In this document: positions 29,136 to 40,500 of the stretch, one piece after another
How positions within the stretch are numbered: position 1 is the stretch's first letter
How the letters are laid out: every line of letters begins with the position of its first letter
The notes under the pieces: model-generated
Told to the model about the DNA's origin: nothing
Seen by the model: the letters and a program-made list of their open reading frames with translations, nothing else
Databases searched by the model: none
IMG/VR virus record: IMGVR_UViG_2788500098_000001
Strand: one strand, 5' to 3'
Length of the DNA: 64,000 nt
DNA from: a virus
Position numbers and translations under genes: made by a program

Positions 29136-30215
29136 TTACAATCGCATTGGCATTATAATTTGTACTGGATCGTCTTCAGAACCTTTTATTTGAATCGGCT
29201 GTTTCGGGTTTTGTACTCGTATACAGACTGTATCGTTTTCGAGTGCGCTGAGCGCATCAATAAGATAAGAAGCGTTTAATCGCAAGGGTTGTGAACCACC
29301 CTCTACGCTAGCAGCCAACTGCTCATCGCCTTGCAAATCAGCGCCATTCAACGCTATCGTAAGACCATCACGTGTTGAAGACAACTTCACAGGCGTATCC
29401 TTTTGGAACATATCAATCGTTTTTAATCGTTTAACAGCCCCTAACAATGAACTACGATCTGTTTGTATAATCCATGAAGCATCGGTCGTGGGATGAAGCT
29501 TCGACTCAAGATTCGGATATGTGCCTGCTATCAATGGGAACACATCAACAGTACGTTCGCCAACAATTTCGATAACTCGATCGGTAACACCGAATTGTAC
29601 AGCTTGAACACTGACCCTTTTCAACCATTCGGCACTGACCAGAACATCTCCCTGCCACTCACAGTTGTTAATACTATTTTGTGCCATCCTATATCGGTCT
29701 GTGGTTTGAACAGTCAATTTTGATCCATCACCCAACAAATGAATTGCTGTTAACACGGGGGGCGTATCTTTTCCGGGATGACCAGCTGCGTGCACAACAC
29801 CTGAGACCAGTCGAGATAAACTCCCAGCTGTTAACGGATACAGTCGCTCAGGCAGTACAGGCCATGGCATTATATCTGCTTCTCTCATTACAGCCATACT
29901 GAGTTTAGTGTTGCCGGCACTTAACAACAGTTGATGTTCTTTTGCGTTAAAATCCACATCTACTTCACCAGCAGAAAGCACACTAGTAAGAGCCGATAAC
30001 CATAATCCATTAACCACGATTTGACCAGCTGAGAGAACATCACCATTTACCATGGTCTTACTCCACCCCGAAACACCACCAGTGGTCAACACCAATTGAT
30101 CAGGAGGATTAAAGTCCATGCGCAGCATTTTGTTTGCTGATTGTTTTCTATCAATTACCCCTGTTACATGTTGTGTAGCGTTCGCTAACTCTTCAGCATC
30201 AACTAATGCTCTCAT
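29136..30215 (-). CDS. dnaN: DNA polymerase III beta sliding clamp
   Basis: TTDRYRMAQ, LIAGTYPN, LNASYLIDAL and C-terminal IIMPMRL; AAAGGA SD before MRALVD. Confidence 0.9.
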   Translation of the reverse strand: MRALVDAEELANATQHVTGVIDRKQSANKMLRMDFNPPDQLVLTTGGVSGWSKTMVNGDVLSAGQIVVNGLWLSALTSVLSAGEVDVDFNAKEHQLLLSAGNTKLSMAVMREADIMPWPVLPERLYPLTAGSLSRLVSGVVHAAGHPGKDTPPVLTAIHLLGDGSKLTVQTTDRYRMAQNSINNCEWQGDVLVSAEWLKRVSVQAVQFGVTDRVIEIVGERTVDVFPLIAGTYPNLESKLHPTTDASWIIQTDRSSLLGAVKRLKTIDMFQKDTPVKLSSTRDGLTIALNGADLQGDEQLAASVEGGSQPLRLNASYLIDALSALENDTVCIRVQNPKQPIQIKGSEDDPVQIIMPMRL

Positions 30216-30251
30216 ATTTGTTCCTTTCATATTTTGATGAAAAAATTTCTT

Positions 30252-30268
30252 ACTATATATATGCGTCA
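30252..30268 (-). promoter_or_regulatory. Class A motif
   Basis: TGACGCATATATATAGT upstream of dnaN. Confidence 0.85.
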
Positions 30269-30272
30269 TATG

Positions 30273-30278
30273 GCATAG
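30273..30278 (+). promoter_or_regulatory. Class B motif (leaderless)
   Basis: GCATAG-9 nt-ATG 30288. Confidence 0.7.
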
Positions 30279-30287
30279 ATGCGTAGC

Positions 30288-32615
30288 ATGTGGTTTCAAC
30301 TTGTACCTATTCCTAAAAGTCAGCCCGATGATCAGCAAGCTTTCCTCAAACGAGCAAGACGTGCTGCTGAAGCACTTGGATTGACCACTAGACCAACCTT
30401 CGATACTTTTATGGACGCGGCTCACCATAGTGATGGGATGATAGTGGTTGCTTCCGGCTCCTACCGGTGGATACATGTTTGTGACAGTATGGATGAACAA
30501 GCGGTTCAAGCAGTGGCAAAAGCATGCGATAGTACAGCTATCGCGTGTGATAAACCCGTCATTCTTAATGAACATCTCGTGTGGGCTCATGCGGTTGTGC
30601 CGGCTTCTGCTACCTTGTCTCGAACCGCGCGCGATGAACTCGATACTGGAGAAGAAGTACGCGTAGATCCACCTGCTAACGGGCTTGTATACTTACAAGT
30701 TCGACGGCAAGGGTTCATAGAAACTCGCCGCGCTAAAAACTGGTTGGCAGACGAGTTTAATATGAGTCCTGACACGTCTAAACTCCAAGAAGCAGGAGTA
30801 GGAGTCAGCCGTATTGGTGCCGCGATGCCAAACCGTAAAGATGCGTTAACCCTAGCGGCATCTACGGCTAGCGCACTAGATTTAGGCTTAACTGGTTCTG
30901 GTGCTCATGTAAGCCGACCAGGGGTAGGACTGTTAGTTTCGAGCGCACTTATCTTGGCTTGCTCCCTGCTTTGTATCATGGTTTGCGGCATCATTTGGCC
31001 AGCTTTTTTCAGTATCACCTGTTTTGGTATAGCTCTCATACGGCGTATGCGCATGCATGCTGATGCGGATTTGTATCAACGACCCCGTCACCGTTGGCTA
31101 CCATGGCCACGCATGCGCCGATCGCAAGCAGCTGATCTTAAAACACGTTCTGCTGGCGATGACCAGAACTGGCAAAGTAAAAAACGTGTTCATGCTTATG
31201 CGTATCAGCGCAGCACGTTGCCTATTCCAAGTGGAACCTTATTAGCGTTATGTCGTCCAGCTGACCGAGAGGGCAGTCAAACACGACTCAGTTTTTGCCC
31301 CCAGAATCTCATCCATGCCGACGGACCACGAGTTGGTGTCGATGCAGTTCAGCGGGATGTGCGTATACCATCTACCGCAGTATGGGCAGGTATCAGCTTG
31401 TTTGGTGGTCCCGGTGGCGGAAAATCGAATACGATGCACGGTCTTGAACGATGGGCAGTGGAACATTGTACCAGCTCAGATGCAACCATCATATTCGAAT
31501 CCAAAGGCTCAGATTCTGTACCTATTTTAAACCAATTACTTCAATCTCCACGATTAGTGGACTTAAATAATCCAGCAACTCCCATGATCTCATTACTAGG
31601 AGAAGGAACAACTGCACGCCAAGCAGACAGGTTTGCCTCACACATGAAAACCGCTTTAGGCGAACAACAAATAGGCCCAGCATCACGCCTTTACCTCCGC
31701 GACGCCGTATGGCTAGCATTAGAAACACTTAACAAACCATCATTACAACAAGCCTGCACAGCAGCAGGACTCATCCAAGCCCCCAACACATGGATAGACT
31801 ATGCGATGATCATCCTCGCAGGACAAGGAGCACAACAAGCAAGGGCACTCGCACATGCCACTACTATGGCAATTCCCCATACCCCTGCCATTCTCCAAGC
31901 ACTAGAACGCTTACACGGTGCAGTCAATCCACAAACAGGACGGCCTTCAATATCAGACAGTGAGCTTATTAAACGATTAAATGCCCCTATGAACAAAATG
32001 AGTTTACTCGCTCAAACACCAGCCATTAACAGTACACACAGAAAACTAGTCACATGGCGTCAAATCATACAACAACATACAACGCTCATTATCAACATGG
32101 GCGGCAGCGTACAACCCATAAACGATAGTCATGAATCACTACCTGATGACGTAAAAACATTGATAGGAGCCCTCCTCTTATCTGGCCTAAGAGAGGAAAC
32201 AGAACGCACATGCGCCGGCTGGCAAGATGATAACAAACACGTACGAATCTTCATAGACGAACTCACCGAAGTACTTGGCCCACATTCCAATAGAACCTCA
32301 AACACTGAAGTATTAGAATGGCTACGCAGTAAAGGACGCGCCTTTGGCGTTGAACTTACCACCGGAACACAATACCCAGAACAAGTAGACCAACAAACTC
32401 TCAACCTACTCCTCGGATTCGATACGGTTATCTGTTTCACTCTTAGAGACATGCAATCAGCAACTACTTTGGCTCAAACTCTGAGCATAGAACCTGAACA
32501 AATCCTACAGCTAGCAAAACATAATGCTCTTATCAAAACTGTCTCTAATCAAGCAGTCACCCTCCCAACAATGGCATTAGCCATACCACATTTTGATGCA
32601 GGAGCACCAGCATGA
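30288..32615 (+). CDS. VirD4/TraD-like coupling ATPase
   Basis: TM pair, GGPGGGKS Walker A, IFIDEL Walker B, GRAFGV.L..GTQ. Confidence 0.7.
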   Translation: MWFQLVPIPKSQPDDQQAFLKRARRAAEALGLTTRPTFDTFMDAAHHSDGMIVVASGSYRWIHVCDSMDEQAVQAVAKACDSTAIACDKPVILNEHLVWAHAVVPASATLSRTARDELDTGEEVRVDPPANGLVYLQVRRQGFIETRRAKNWLADEFNMSPDTSKLQEAGVGVSRIGAAMPNRKDALTLAASTASALDLGLTGSGAHVSRPGVGLLVSSALILACSLLCIMVCGIIWPAFFSITCFGIALIRRMRMHADADLYQRPRHRWLPWPRMRRSQAADLKTRSAGDDQNWQSKKRVHAYAYQRSTLPIPSGTLLALCRPADREGSQTRLSFCPQNLIHADGPRVGVDAVQRDVRIPSTAVWAGISLFGGPGGGKSNTMHGLERWAVEHCTSSDATIIFESKGSDSVPILNQLLQSPRLVDLNNPATPMISLLGEGTTARQADRFASHMKTALGEQQIGPASRLYLRDAVWLALETLNKPSLQQACTAAGLIQAPNTWIDYAMIILAGQGAQQARALAHATTMAIPHTPAILQALERLHGAVNPQTGRPSISDSELIKRLNAPMNKMSLLAQTPAINSTHRKLVTWRQIIQQHTTLIINMGGSVQPINDSHESLPDDVKTLIGALLLSGLREETERTCAGWQDDNKHVRIFIDELTEVLGPHSNRTSNTEVLEWLRSKGRAFGVELTTGTQYPEQVDQQTLNLLLGFDTVICFTLRDMQSATTLAQTLSIEPEQILQLAKHNALIKTVSNQAVTLPTMALAIPHFDAGAPA

Positions 32616-32621
32616 AGTAAC

Positions 32622-32639
32622 GTGACGCATATAGTATGT
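32622..32639 (+). promoter_or_regulatory. Class A motif (leaderless)
   Basis: GTGACGCATATAGTATGT directly followed by ATG 32640. Confidence 0.85.
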
Positions 32640-33512
32640 ATGAAAACATTATCATTTGAAGACAGAAACAAGTTAGACAAAAAAGTCAGCTCTTTATCAT
32701 GGACACAAGAAGCGCTCGCATTCGGTTCAGATCAGCGCAGACTCGTTGCTTCATGGGTTGTTGACACGGATTTAGTGGATTCAATTATTAGAGATTTGTT
32801 CCCGCAACCTAACCAGTGTGAGCAGATGATTGAGTTTACTAAGCCCCGCATCATTGAGAAAATCATTGGTGTTGAGCTTATTTCAAAAAGTGACATGTGG
32901 AATTGGAATAATCTGTGGGATCCTACGCGAACGACTAGTTTTTGTGCTTGGGTTCGTCGTACTAGTCGTGTTATTGCTCTTCGCAATGCTCGCCGAGAGC
33001 TACATAAGCGTACGATTGATGACACGACATTTGAGAACGAGGAGGGTTATAACAGAGTTTGGGATGATGCTAAGAGTACTAATATATTTGAATCTCATGT
33101 GGAAAGTATTTTCGATACCGTACCGTCTTTAAAGGTTCCGCGTCCAGTAGGTGAACAACGCAAGCAATTGTTGAGTCTGCTTTCTCAAACGTCTGCATAC
33201 CATACTGTTCGTTATGCGCAGCGTTTAGGATGGTGGGATTGTTCATTGGACGAGGTAGACGATGAAGTAAGTGCAGCACTATTACTTACTCCAATCAACT
33301 ATAAGCAGATGGAGATACTACCCAAGATGCTACCTTCACATTGGCAGTCTTTAGGCCATTTATATGCGCCAACCCAAGCTAAAGGTCGAGTAAGTGTAGA
33401 TGAAGCCGGATTACGGCGAATGGTTTCAGAGATAGCTCAACAAGACCATTTATTAGAATGGAATGTTTGGTTACGATTAGGTACTGCTGCCGCTCAATTA
33501 GCTGTGGGTTAA
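32640..33512 (+). CDS. Divergent sigma-70 region-2-like protein
   Basis: WDPTRTTSFCAWVRRTSRVIALRNARR resembles sigma region 2.3-2.4 (FDP.R..SF..W...IA.N...R); no clear region 4. Confidence 0.55.
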   Translation: MKTLSFEDRNKLDKKVSSLSWTQEALAFGSDQRRLVASWVVDTDLVDSIIRDLFPQPNQCEQMIEFTKPRIIEKIIGVELISKSDMWNWNNLWDPTRTTSFCAWVRRTSRVIALRNARRELHKRTIDDTTFENEEGYNRVWDDAKSTNIFESHVESIFDTVPSLKVPRPVGEQRKQLLSLLSQTSAYHTVRYAQRLGWWDCSLDEVDDEVSAALLLTPINYKQMEILPKMLPSHWQSLGHLYAPTQAKGRVSVDEAGLRRMVSEIAQQDHLLEWNVWLRLGTAAAQLAVG

Positions 33513-33898
33513 CAGTAAGGGTTCGGACCTTCAAGCTGGAAACCTAAGTCTAATGCCATGGCAATCAGCCATGCGCTCCATCGAGCGCCTTTCGTACGTG
33601 CATCTAATATCCATCCTAGGTCGACTCGAGCGTATGATGATACTGTGCTTCCCGTCCATTGCACTGCTTGTTTAACGTGACGAATGGCTTTACTTCGCGT
33701 GGTATCGAAAATAGCTTGGTCTACCAACCATGCATGTATACTCAGCATGCGGCTATCAGTTTCACAGGCTTGAATTAACCAGGGCAAACACTGTGTACCA
33801 TCAGTTTGAGCTAACTGTCGTAAGTGTACAAGTAGTGCTGCTCGTTGACGACTTGCTTGCTGATTTGCTTTACATCCTACTGACGCGTCCACGGCCAA
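33509..33898 (-). CDS. Hypothetical protein
   Basis: Overlaps the ParA-like stop; TTG start. Confidence 0.65.
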   Translation of the reverse strand: MAVDASVGCKANQQASRQRAALLVHLRQLAQTDGTQCLPWLIQACETDSRMLSIHAWLVDQAIFDTTRSKAIRHVKQAVQWTGSTVSSYARVDLGWILDARTKGARWSAWLIAMALDLGFQLEGPNPYC

Positions 33899-34659
33899 TG
33901 ATTTCTCCTTTGTGTTGAAAAACTATCAGGTTTAGCACCTGCCCATATGGCTGCATGCTGCAACCATGGTGGTTCATTACCATGCTTCCAACCTGGTTGA
34001 CGTTGATCAATCATGCGAGCGCTTTGTTCGGTCCATTCGTCTGTGCCTCCCCATTGTGCGAGTCCTTGCAAGAGTTGGCGCCATTCTTTGTTTTTTCGGG
34101 CTTTCAGGTGAGTGGATACTGGTGAGACAGCTAGTATTTGTTCGGGTTTATTGATTTCGTGTAGCGCATCTAGTCCGTCGTCGAGTTGTGAGCCTGTTTG
34201 TCCGATTCTGAAGAGTATGCGTGCTGCTCCGTGTTCGATGAATGGTCGTATTACACCTCCTGCGAATTGAGATGTGTCTTGCCACATGGTTCGGTCTATT
34301 CGGTCCGCGTCCACGATGATACTGTCGCATGATTGGCGTAATGCGACTAGTGCTGAACCGTATAAATCGGTAATGGTGTCTGCTTGTGCTTGAACTGGTC
34401 CTGGTAAGAAAGCGAATGCTGTTCCTGTTTGTCGGGGCATGAGTAGTGCGTGTGATAGTCCGAGGAGTTCGGCGCGCTCTAATCCTATCCCTCTGTCAAT
34501 TTGTAGGAAGGCTCTTTGTGATTGCTGTCCTGGATTACCGTCTACTAGTACAGTACGGCAGCCCGATAGTCCTAATGCTTGTGCTAGTGCTCTGGCAGCT
34601 GAGCTTTTGCCCAAACCTCCTGATCCGCCGGTGACAAAAGTTACAGGTGCGTTAGTCAT
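33877..34659 (-). CDS. ParA/MinD-family ATPase
   Basis: VTGGSGGLGKS, LVDGNP, IIVDA. Confidence 0.8.
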   Translation of the reverse strand: MTNAPVTFVTGGSGGLGKSSAARALAQALGLSGCRTVLVDGNPGQQSQRAFLQIDRGIGLERAELLGLSHALLMPRQTGTAFAFLPGPVQAQADTITDLYGSALVALRQSCDSIIVDADRIDRTMWQDTSQFAGGVIRPFIEHGAARILFRIGQTGSQLDDGLDALHEINKPEQILAVSPVSTHLKARKNKEWRQLLQGLAQWGGTDEWTEQSARMIDQRQPGWKHGNEPPWLQHAAIWAGAKPDSFSTQRRNHWPWTRQ

Positions 34660-34667
34660 ATTGTCTT

Positions 34668-34673
34668 CTATGC
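34668..34673 (-). promoter_or_regulatory. Class B motif (leaderless)
   Basis: GCATAG-8 nt-ATG 34659. Confidence 0.8.
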
Positions 34674-34679
34674 GAGAGC

Positions 34680-34697
34680 GTGACGCATATATATAGT
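34680..34697 (+). promoter_or_regulatory. Class A motif
   Basis: GTGACGCATATATATAGT upstream of 34736. Confidence 0.85.
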
Positions 34698-34735
34698 GTA
34701 AACATTTTCGGAATATAGACAGGAGGAAATAGCTT

Positions 34736-35263
34736 ATGGAAACGAATGTAGTGTTGGGGCAGTCGATTCCTCAAGGGAAGGTAAACCAACCGGTATTCGA
34801 TTCTAAGGAGGAGAAGGTACCAGTTCAGACTCATTCTGTTCGTAATGGTAGGCATGTGCGCGCCAGTACTGTTCGGATTGCTAAGAAAGATATTGAACGG
34901 GTGTTGCAAGCTCAAGCTATGTTGAGCAAGTCGTTAGTGAAAACCACTGCTCGCGTTTTACAGCCAACAGGTGACCAAGCTGATCTAGTGGCTGTTGTTT
35001 TATCTGATAGGTATGTTAATGCGGTTCGTGTCGTAATAGCAGCACATGATCAGAAGAATGATATTCAGCGGGTGATTGATTTGGTTACCGTTTTAGGTAA
35101 GCATGCTGAGCAAGTGAAAGATGCTGCAAAATTGTGTATTGCGATCAACCCAAGTCTTAAGGAACGGCTTACTGTCAAGGGTAAAGACATGGAGTTAGCT
35201 CAACATATAGCGCAGGCTGCTCCTTCATTATCTGTTGATGAGCTTCGGGGAGTCATCAGATGA
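34736..35263 (+). CDS. Hypothetical protein
   Basis: AGGAGG SD. Confidence 0.8.
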   Translation: METNVVLGQSIPQGKVNQPVFDSKEEKVPVQTHSVRNGRHVRASTVRIAKKDIERVLQAQAMLSKSLVKTTARVLQPTGDQADLVAVVLSDRYVNAVRVVIAAHDQKNDIQRVIDLVTVLGKHAEQVKDAAKLCIAINPSLKERLTVKGKDMELAQHIAQAAPSLSVDELRGVIR

Positions 35264-35586
35264 AAGCGCAAACGTTAAGCCTTACTCAAGTGTCGAATTT
35301 GCTGCACTGTCCGCCTCGGATTATATCGATTTTGGAGGCATGTAAGTGGTTTCCTGTGCGCCAAGAGGATGGTTCGTATTCTGTAGCCGATGTGAAAACA
35401 AGCATGAGACAGCATCCGTGGTTACGGCAGTTGAATATCCCCATGTGTGAGCGTGAGCTTGCCCAGTTGAATCCAACACTGAGGATACCTAGAAAACGTG
35501 GTGTGATCGCTGCTGGGCGAACTTACTGTCGGTTATGGGAAATACTGGATGCTTCTTTCCATGATTTGAATACCCGCGAAGAGTGA
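35260..35586 (+). CDS. MerR/excisionase-like winged-HTH protein (tentative)
   Basis: LSLTQVSNLL..P..I..L...F.....G.YS..DV pattern; ATGA coupling. Confidence 0.45.
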   Translation: MKAQTLSLTQVSNLLHCPPRIISILEACKWFPVRQEDGSYSVADVKTSMRQHPWLRQLNIPMCERELAQLNPTLRIPRKRGVIAAGRTYCRLWEILDASFHDLNTREE

Positions 35587-35596
35587 GGATAGGTTT

Positions 35597-35791
35597 ATGT
35601 TCAGGCTACGGATTGAAGTATTCAAGTCAATAGGGTTTTTACACTGGAACCGTTACTGGTGCCCGTTTGTGTTGGAAGGAGGAGCAACTGTAGGTGAGTT
35701 TACCTGCGGATGGATTCGACTGTCAGCTGGTACATGGGTTCAAACCTGTAATACTCGTTTAATTTCGTGGCTTGAACGAATATGCCAGTAA
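35597..35791 (+). CDS. Small hypothetical protein
   Basis: GAGG SD, operon position. Confidence 0.45.
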   Translation: MFRLRIEVFKSIGFLHWNRYWCPFVLEGGATVGEFTCGWIRLSAGTWVQTCNTRLISWLERICQ

Positions 35792-35855
35792 CCAACGTAC
35801 AATAACGGTGAAAATATCATAATGATCATAAAGAACAACTAATGAAGGAGAAACA

Positions 35856-36155
35856 ATGATGAAAACAAGTGAGCAAGGTGGAATAGATTACGGTATTCAA
35901 CGAATCGAAGACGGTGCTTATCTAGCAGATGATAACGCTGACGGTAGCGCTCCCGAATGGGTGTATGAGCCAGCTGATGCAACAATGTTCAGCACAAAAG
36001 AAGAAGCGTTAAGCTTTGCGGCTTTGTGTGGGGTAGCAGATGATCCTGATGAAGGGCTACCAACATTAGAGCAAGCGTATACGGTAACACAGATTGCTTG
36101 GCAGAGTGAGGAAGATTTACAGCCAGACGATATCGATCAACAATTATCAGATTAA
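35856..36155 (+). CDS. Hypothetical acidic protein
   Basis: AAGGAG SD. Confidence 0.75.
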   Translation: MMKTSEQGGIDYGIQRIEDGAYLADDNADGSAPEWVYEPADATMFSTKEEALSFAALCGVADDPDEGLPTLEQAYTVTQIAWQSEEDLQPDDIDQQLSD

Positions 36156-36258
36156 ACGGTATACCGAAATTACGTTGAGGCCATATGCTGACACTATATG
36201 CCTGCATATGGCCTCAACTGATGCAACAGCGTATGAGAACGCGTAGCAAAGAACATTA

Positions 36259-37521
36259 CTACAGGTCAGTATATACAGCTTTAATCCAGGAACGCATTTC
36301 TGTCAGTCTTTTAGGTGTAACCGTTTCCATTTTCCCAGTTTGCTTATTATATGTTCGCCGCGTCCAAATAGTGTGTGCTAAACGTTTGTCTCCTGGTTCT
36401 AGTTCAAGAAAACATTTAGCTGCTTCAGGAGTTAATGCCCTATGGTAGGCCACCATCCGTGCCACATTGCCTTGTCCGGAACCTGAAGAGTATGCTTCCA
36501 GCTTGGTTATACCACGGTCTTTACTAGTGAACGCACGTGAGTTTACCAGGCTCTTAGCATACTTAGTATTACCAGTACGATTTCGGACTGTACCGTTACC
36601 ATAACATAATTCCCAGAATGCTTGCGCTTGTATGTGCGGCTCATTATCTAACTCATGTAATGCTTCCGTGATTTGCCGTGTAGTTTTCCTGTCGGGAACA
36701 CCATTTGTTGGCTGGTATAGCATACGAAGATACGAGCGTGCAGCCGCACCCTTGGATTCACGTTTCGCTAAGGTTTTAACAACAGGTATTTTCTGTCCTG
36801 TTGAATCTCGTAGGAACCGTCCCTTTTGATCACGCTTGTATACTTTCCTGCGTTCTGTGATTACATGTCCGGCAGCATCACGAGCATCTTTCGTATAGTT
36901 GATAAACGCCCACGCACTATCAGCAGTATTCGGATAGCCTGCTCGAATAACATTTTGTGCAGCTTCAGCATCCTCATAAAATAAATCTTTGAGAATTGTA
37001 ACCGCCTGATCCTGGTTTTTACGGTGTCGTAAACTATTAACTATATGAGAAGCAGGAATATAACGTCGATTAGGACTTGATTCAATTGCGTTGCGCCGCT
37101 GATATGGTGAAGCTAACCTGAAGGCTTGTTTCACTATTCTTTGCCGATACGCTTCCGATGGTATGCCAGTCAAATCAGCATTCAACGTGTCACGTACTGC
37201 CATTCTCACGTTTTTGTCAGCACGTAAAACCTGAGCATTTAATCTAGGATAACCCTGTGCTTCAACATACAAGATTTGCCCATTTTCATCTACCAATTCG
37301 AGCCCAGTGCCTCGAATAATCACAGACTGAGTGCCTTTAAGAAGCTCCAAAGTCTCTTGTGCAGAAAGTTGAACCTCTGGTTCCTGAATTCGTGCACGCG
37401 TATTTACTTCATCCAATACTGGTAAATCAGCACAATGCTTTCCTACCATCACATCGAATTGGCCACCAACACCACCGGGACTGCCAGCTGGCTTACGAGC
37501 AGGTTCACGCATCTTACTCAT
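36259..37521 (-). CDS. Basic hypothetical protein with N-terminal GGQ(Y/F) tag
   Basis: AAAGGAG SD; ARKPAGSPGGVGGQFD..DLPVL; internal RDQKGRF. Confidence 0.8.
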   Translation of the reverse strand: MSKMREPARKPAGSPGGVGGQFDVMVGKHCADLPVLDEVNTRARIQEPEVQLSAQETLELLKGTQSVIIRGTGLELVDENGQILYVEAQGYPRLNAQVLRADKNVRMAVRDTLNADLTGIPSEAYRQRIVKQAFRLASPYQRRNAIESSPNRRYIPASHIVNSLRHRKNQDQAVTILKDLFYEDAEAAQNVIRAGYPNTADSAWAFINYTKDARDAAGHVITERRKVYKRDQKGRFLRDSTGQKIPVVKTLAKRESKGAAARSYLRMLYQPTNGVPDRKTTRQITEALHELDNEPHIQAQAFWELCYGNGTVRNRTGNTKYAKSLVNSRAFTSKDRGITKLEAYSSGSGQGNVARMVAYHRALTPEAAKCFLELEPGDKRLAHTIWTRRTYNKQTGKMETVTPKRLTEMRSWIKAVYTDL

Positions 37522-37563
37522 CCTCATATACTCCTTTAGACAAGAACATATTTACAGGAGTAT

Positions 37564-37575
37564 CTATGTGCATAG
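37564..37575. promoter_or_regulatory. Class B motif (+) overlapping an ACATAG variant (-)
   Basis: CTATG-TG-CATAG; GCATAG-9 nt-ATG 37585. Confidence 0.75.
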
Positions 37576-37584
37576 CAGCAAAGC

Positions 37585-40500
37585 ATGGGTAGAACGTACA
37601 AACGTCAAGCAAACCGTCGGACAAAACAACAAACACCAGTAGTCGTGTCATACCACACGCCTATTAGAATAATTACCATCATAGTGTCCATATTGCTCAT
37701 CATGTTCGGACTACCAGGCATGCTACTAAACAGCATTGGTTTCTGGTTCGCATCTGTCATGGCACGAAAACCAGAATTAACCGGATTTGATGCATGGCGT
37801 CAACCTGAACCATCAAGTCCACGCGAACAACGTGCTCTACACAGTTACCGAAAAGCTAAAGCATGGTTCGCTCGATGGCAAGATTTTGACCCACGTTCAC
37901 CAATATTCATGTGGACAGTAGGCGTGGGTGCCACATTCGCTAGCCTCCAATACCTGTTTGCATGGTATACCAACACAACTAACACACTATGGATGACCTG
38001 GTGGTCATTAACTGGAACAATGATTGGCACAAGCTTATTTCTCGCAGCATGGATAGGTGCCAAACATACGTCTATGACACGAACACACTGTACTTTCAGA
38101 CCAGTAAAGTGGACCAAAAGCCGATCAACTCAATGCTTAGGTTTTGCACTCGCTGGCATACTAGCCAGTTTACTGGTATGGGCATTAACCGGCTGCTGGC
38201 CTTTCCTCGTCGGATTACCATGCTTGTTAACTCCTATACCAATAACACATAGTTGGAAAGCTGCTCGCAGTCAATTTACTGCTGATATAGAGTCAGCAAC
38301 CATGTTAGATCGTTGGATACAACAAGTGAAGAAACCATCGTTCCGCTCGCGTCCCATGATGGTAACACAAACACAAACAAGCCCCTCAGGTGAGCGAATG
38401 TTTCTCATATCAGTCTCCCATCCCAATGAGTGGGTTAACCAGGCAACAAGAGATGATTTACGCCCATATGCCAACAGTGAAAACCTGGATTTAGCTTTCG
38501 TTTTCCATGGTGACGATAAGCTTCATGCGCTTGCGAACATTGCTCCCTTACAAACCCCAGATCCGATAGCACTAACAAGCAATAAGGTGAGTTTAATGGT
38601 ACGCTGCAACATGGAAACAGCGCGCCTTGGATTCAATTACGCCACTTGGCCAGGCTCTTCAATATTACTACCCGTTGGTTATAGTGACAGCAAGGCAGCT
38701 GCTTTCGTATGGAAAATAAAAGGCCCACAACCTGATTGGATGCAAGTACAAAGCAGTTGGTTACGCGGCTCAACGGACGGCGAACTAGGGGATTGGGGTT
38801 CACTCATTGGATTACACATGATAGTGGATCCTAGTTACACTCATGGTTGGGTATATCGGGGAGAAATAGAAAACATCAGTTTTGATGATGATAAAGCTGC
38901 TCGCTACAGGTTCCAGCAGTTCAGCACCACTACTGATACAAAACATTATCTATCACTCATAAGCAACCATGAACGCGATCTTGACACCTGGGATAATGCG
39001 TTAAAAACAGTGAAACTACCACCGCCTGTAGCTATCCTTTATGACAATGCTGAACGCTTTGAAACACAAGATTGGGCTCTACAAGTTACTCCTATGGGTA
39101 TCAGTCAACAAGGTGGTTTCCAGGCGACGGATTATATGAGTATTGATTTACGTCCTGCCATGGGAGACAGTACAATAGCAGACGTACTTGGAATGCCAAA
39201 CGCGACTGTTCGAGACTCATGGTATACACGTTACTTTCGTTTTGTGCAATCAGTGCCAGCAGTTAATCCACGTATACCAACAGTATTGCGATCCGTAAGG
39301 GGATCTTCAGCCGCTCATGCTCTGTTAGCACAAGTAATAGCTTCTCGCGCGTTTGCATCTATTCTTAAACGACCTGCGCTCGTAGGTAAACCTGAACAAA
39401 TGTCCAACACTGACGAATGGACATTATGGAGAATACCTGTTGAACTCACTGGGGGAGTAACCCCAGCTGATGCAAGACGCGCACAGCCCAGACTCAAATC
39501 TATGATGGGTGCTGATATCGCGTTATGGCAATGGCTTGATGCCAGTCACGTTATTCTATGGGCAGGCAACCAATGTCCCACACAAACTAACCAATGGCGC
39601 TATCCACAGTGCGCAAAACAAGCAGTGAAACTATTACTTGATGATGCTTGGGCTCAAGCCGGTGCTACTACTAAAGATGGGCGCAGCATCACCACCATCT
39701 CATATGCTCCAGCTAAAGGAACACTCAAAAAAGCTGTGTTCACGATACCAGCGGGATTACCTCCCGATAAAGTTGAATCATGTGTAGACGGTTTCTGCTC
39801 AAACGCAGGATTCTCTTATTCTAAAACCCTTCCATCCGCGCAAGCAGGACAATCCATCATGCTTGTTAGCGAGCGCATGCCGTTACCGGAGTATGTTGAA
39901 GCCAATTGGAATACTATTACTGGTGAAAGCTTACAATTACCGTTTGGAGTGTTAGATGACGGTAGTACAGCTGTTTGGAATCCTCATGATACTCCTCATC
40001 TGCTTGCTTCCGGTACTACTGGTTCTGGTAAAAGTTCTGTGTCTCTCACCTTGGTTCAAGCGGCTTTACGGCAAGGTATACAAGTAGCAGTAACAGACCC
40101 AAATAAAGGAGCTAACGATTTTAGGCCTATCCGCGATAAACTGATAGCGTTTGAAGATACATTAGAAGGTTGTTGTGCGCTCACCTCATGGGCTGTTTCA
40201 CAGATGCGTTATCGCGTACAATTAATAACAGAACATGGTGGGGGAGACTATGATTCTCTGCCAGAAGCTATTAAGCCACCTAGATTGTTAATTCAAATAG
40301 ACGAGTTTAATTCGCTGCTAGTTAAAGATAAGTCTAAAACCGCCAACCCTTTGGGAGATCCGGAAATTGATAATCAAAATACGTTGACAGACTGGTCTAA
40401 TGGGATTCGTACCAAAATTGGTTTCAACGTATCAACTTTACTAACCCAAGCTCGTTCAGCAGGAATCATGCTCTTATTAGGCGCTCAACAATTAAATGCT

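Noticed and set aside
30216-30590. Long N-terminal extension of dnaN in the ORF track
   Set aside because: Overlaps the VirD4-like gene on the other strand; the SD and class A motif point to ATG 30215.
33509-33898. mIHF/H2TH-like call for this ORF
   Set aside because: Resemblance too weak; the conserved PGVG..A motif is absent.
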